A stretch of 64,000 nt of DNA. It comes from the human T2T-CHM13v2.0 reference genome, Homo sapiens. Each line of letters opens with the position of its first letter. Within the stretch, counting starts at the first letter, position 1. A program made the position numbers and the translations under genes. The notes below the pieces were generated by a model that saw nothing but the letters and a program-made list of their open reading frames with translations, searched no databases and was not told where the DNA came from. Positions 62,681 to 64,000 of this stretch are shown here, one piece after another. The stretch lies in assembly GCF_009914755.1 (NCBI RefSeq), contig NC_060942.1; one strand, 5' to 3'.

Positions 62681-62968
62681 TAATAATTAATAAATTAATT
62701 GCCCATATGTATGTTTTCTTTTTTGAATAACTTGTATGGCTACTTTTCTATGAGGATATTAATTACCTATTAATATGCAAGGGTTTATTGTCTAAGAGAT
62801 ATTAACACTTTGTCATGTAAGTCAGGAAGAGAAATAGGAATCATGAGTCCTGGGCCGCTGCTCTGGCCATATGAAAACAGCAATGTTCCACTTACTCCTT
62901 CCACTTAGAGGGAGAGTGAAACTGCCCAAGTCTGAGATCTGACCGAGTTGAAAGTAACCTTCATTTCA

Positions 62969-63612
62969 CTGTTGGTGGGACTGTAAACTAGTTCAACCAT
63001 TGTGGAAGTCAGTGTGGCGATTCCTCAAGGATCTAGAACTAGAAATACCATTTGACCCAGCCATCCCATTACTGGGTATATACCCAAAGGACTATAAATC
63101 ATGCTGCTATAAAGACACATGCACACGTATGTTTATTGCGGCATTATTCACAATAGCAAAGACTTGGAACCAACCCAAATGTCCAACAATGATAGACTGG
63201 ATTAAGAAAATGTGGCACATATACACCATGGAATACTATGCAGCCATAAAAAAGGATGAGTTCACGTCCTCTGTAGGGACATGGATGAAATTGGAAATCA
63301 TCATTCTCAGTAAACTATCGCAAGAACAAAAAACCAAACACTGCATATTCTCACTCATAGGTGGGAATTGAACAATGAGAGCACATGGACACAGGAAGGG
63401 GAACATCACACTCTGGGGACTGTTGTGGGGTGGGGGGAGGGGGGAGGGATAGCATTGGGAGATATACCTAATGCTAGAAGACGAGTTAGTGGGTGCAGCG
63501 CACCAGCATGGCGCATGTATACATATGTAACTAACCTGCACAATGTGCACATGTACCCTAAAACTTAAAGTATAATAATAAAAAAAAAAAAATAAATAAA
63601 TAAATAAAAAGA
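62969..63612 (+). mobile_element. 5'-truncated L1PA (L1PA2/L1PA3-like), ORF2 C-terminus plus 3' UTR
   Basis: ORF 63000-63371 is the L1 ORF2p C-terminus (WKSVWRFLKDLELEIPFDPAIPLLGIYPK...IFSLIGGN). G-rich 3' UTR with GAG rather than the Ta-type ACA, A tail, TSD AACCTTCATTTCA at 62956-62968 and 63613-63625. Confidence 0.95.
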
Positions 63613-64000
63613 AACCTTCATTTCAAAGCTTTAGCCTGTTCTTTCCTGTTGCCAGGATGGAGATCTGGGATTCAGGTCCCTTTTGTTTTGTAAAAACACC
63701 ATACGAGCCTTTGGCTGTGATGAGTTCTCCCGCAGGTAATCTCCGTAGGCTGGGTTACAACAAAGAAAACCAAATTTCTGTGCTCACAAGAATATTTTTT
63801 AAAGCAATGATGCAACCCTTAAATTTTTCCCTAATAGAGAAGCTGGGAAGATGAGGTTGTGAGATGCCTGGACTGGATGGGAGAATTGAGAGAGGAGAGG
63901 GCAGGGTCTTGGCAGGGGTTCAAGTGAAACGGCGGGAGGTAGGACCATGAGGGAACTGCCATAGATTGTGATTTCTTGTCCAGGTGCAGTGCCTCACGCC

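Overview
Human or closely related great-ape DNA from the 5' end of LAMA1 (laminin alpha-1; 18p11.31 in human). The gene is on the minus strand. Its first coding exon (61 nt, MRGGVLLVLLLCVAAQCRQR/G, GTGAG donor) lies at 24186-24246 in a CpG island with a GC-box promoter. Positions 1-24185 are intron 1 and everything above about 24.4 kb is upstream. The window is very repeat-dense: about 65 Alus or Alu fragments by hand count, old L1M/L2/MIR/MER5/MaLR/ERVL pieces, a full-length SVA_E-like element in intron 1 and a 5'-truncated L1PA2/3. It also holds a full-length processed pseudogene of the mitochondrial NAD+ carrier SLC25A51. Nearly all other ORFs in the track are repeat-derived noise. I found no new gene or biological system. 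The sequence does show readable rearrangement scars: an Alu-Alu mediated ~2.57-kb tandem duplication with a chimeric junction Alu and a 317-bp deletion in one copy, an apparent 124-bp gene-conversion tract between two Alus 27 kb apart, a 300-bp micro-inversion splitting an MST LTR, and three perfect template-switch hairpins within 5.5 kb. Repeat subfamily calls are by eye from remembered consensus sequences. Boundaries of old repeats are approximate.
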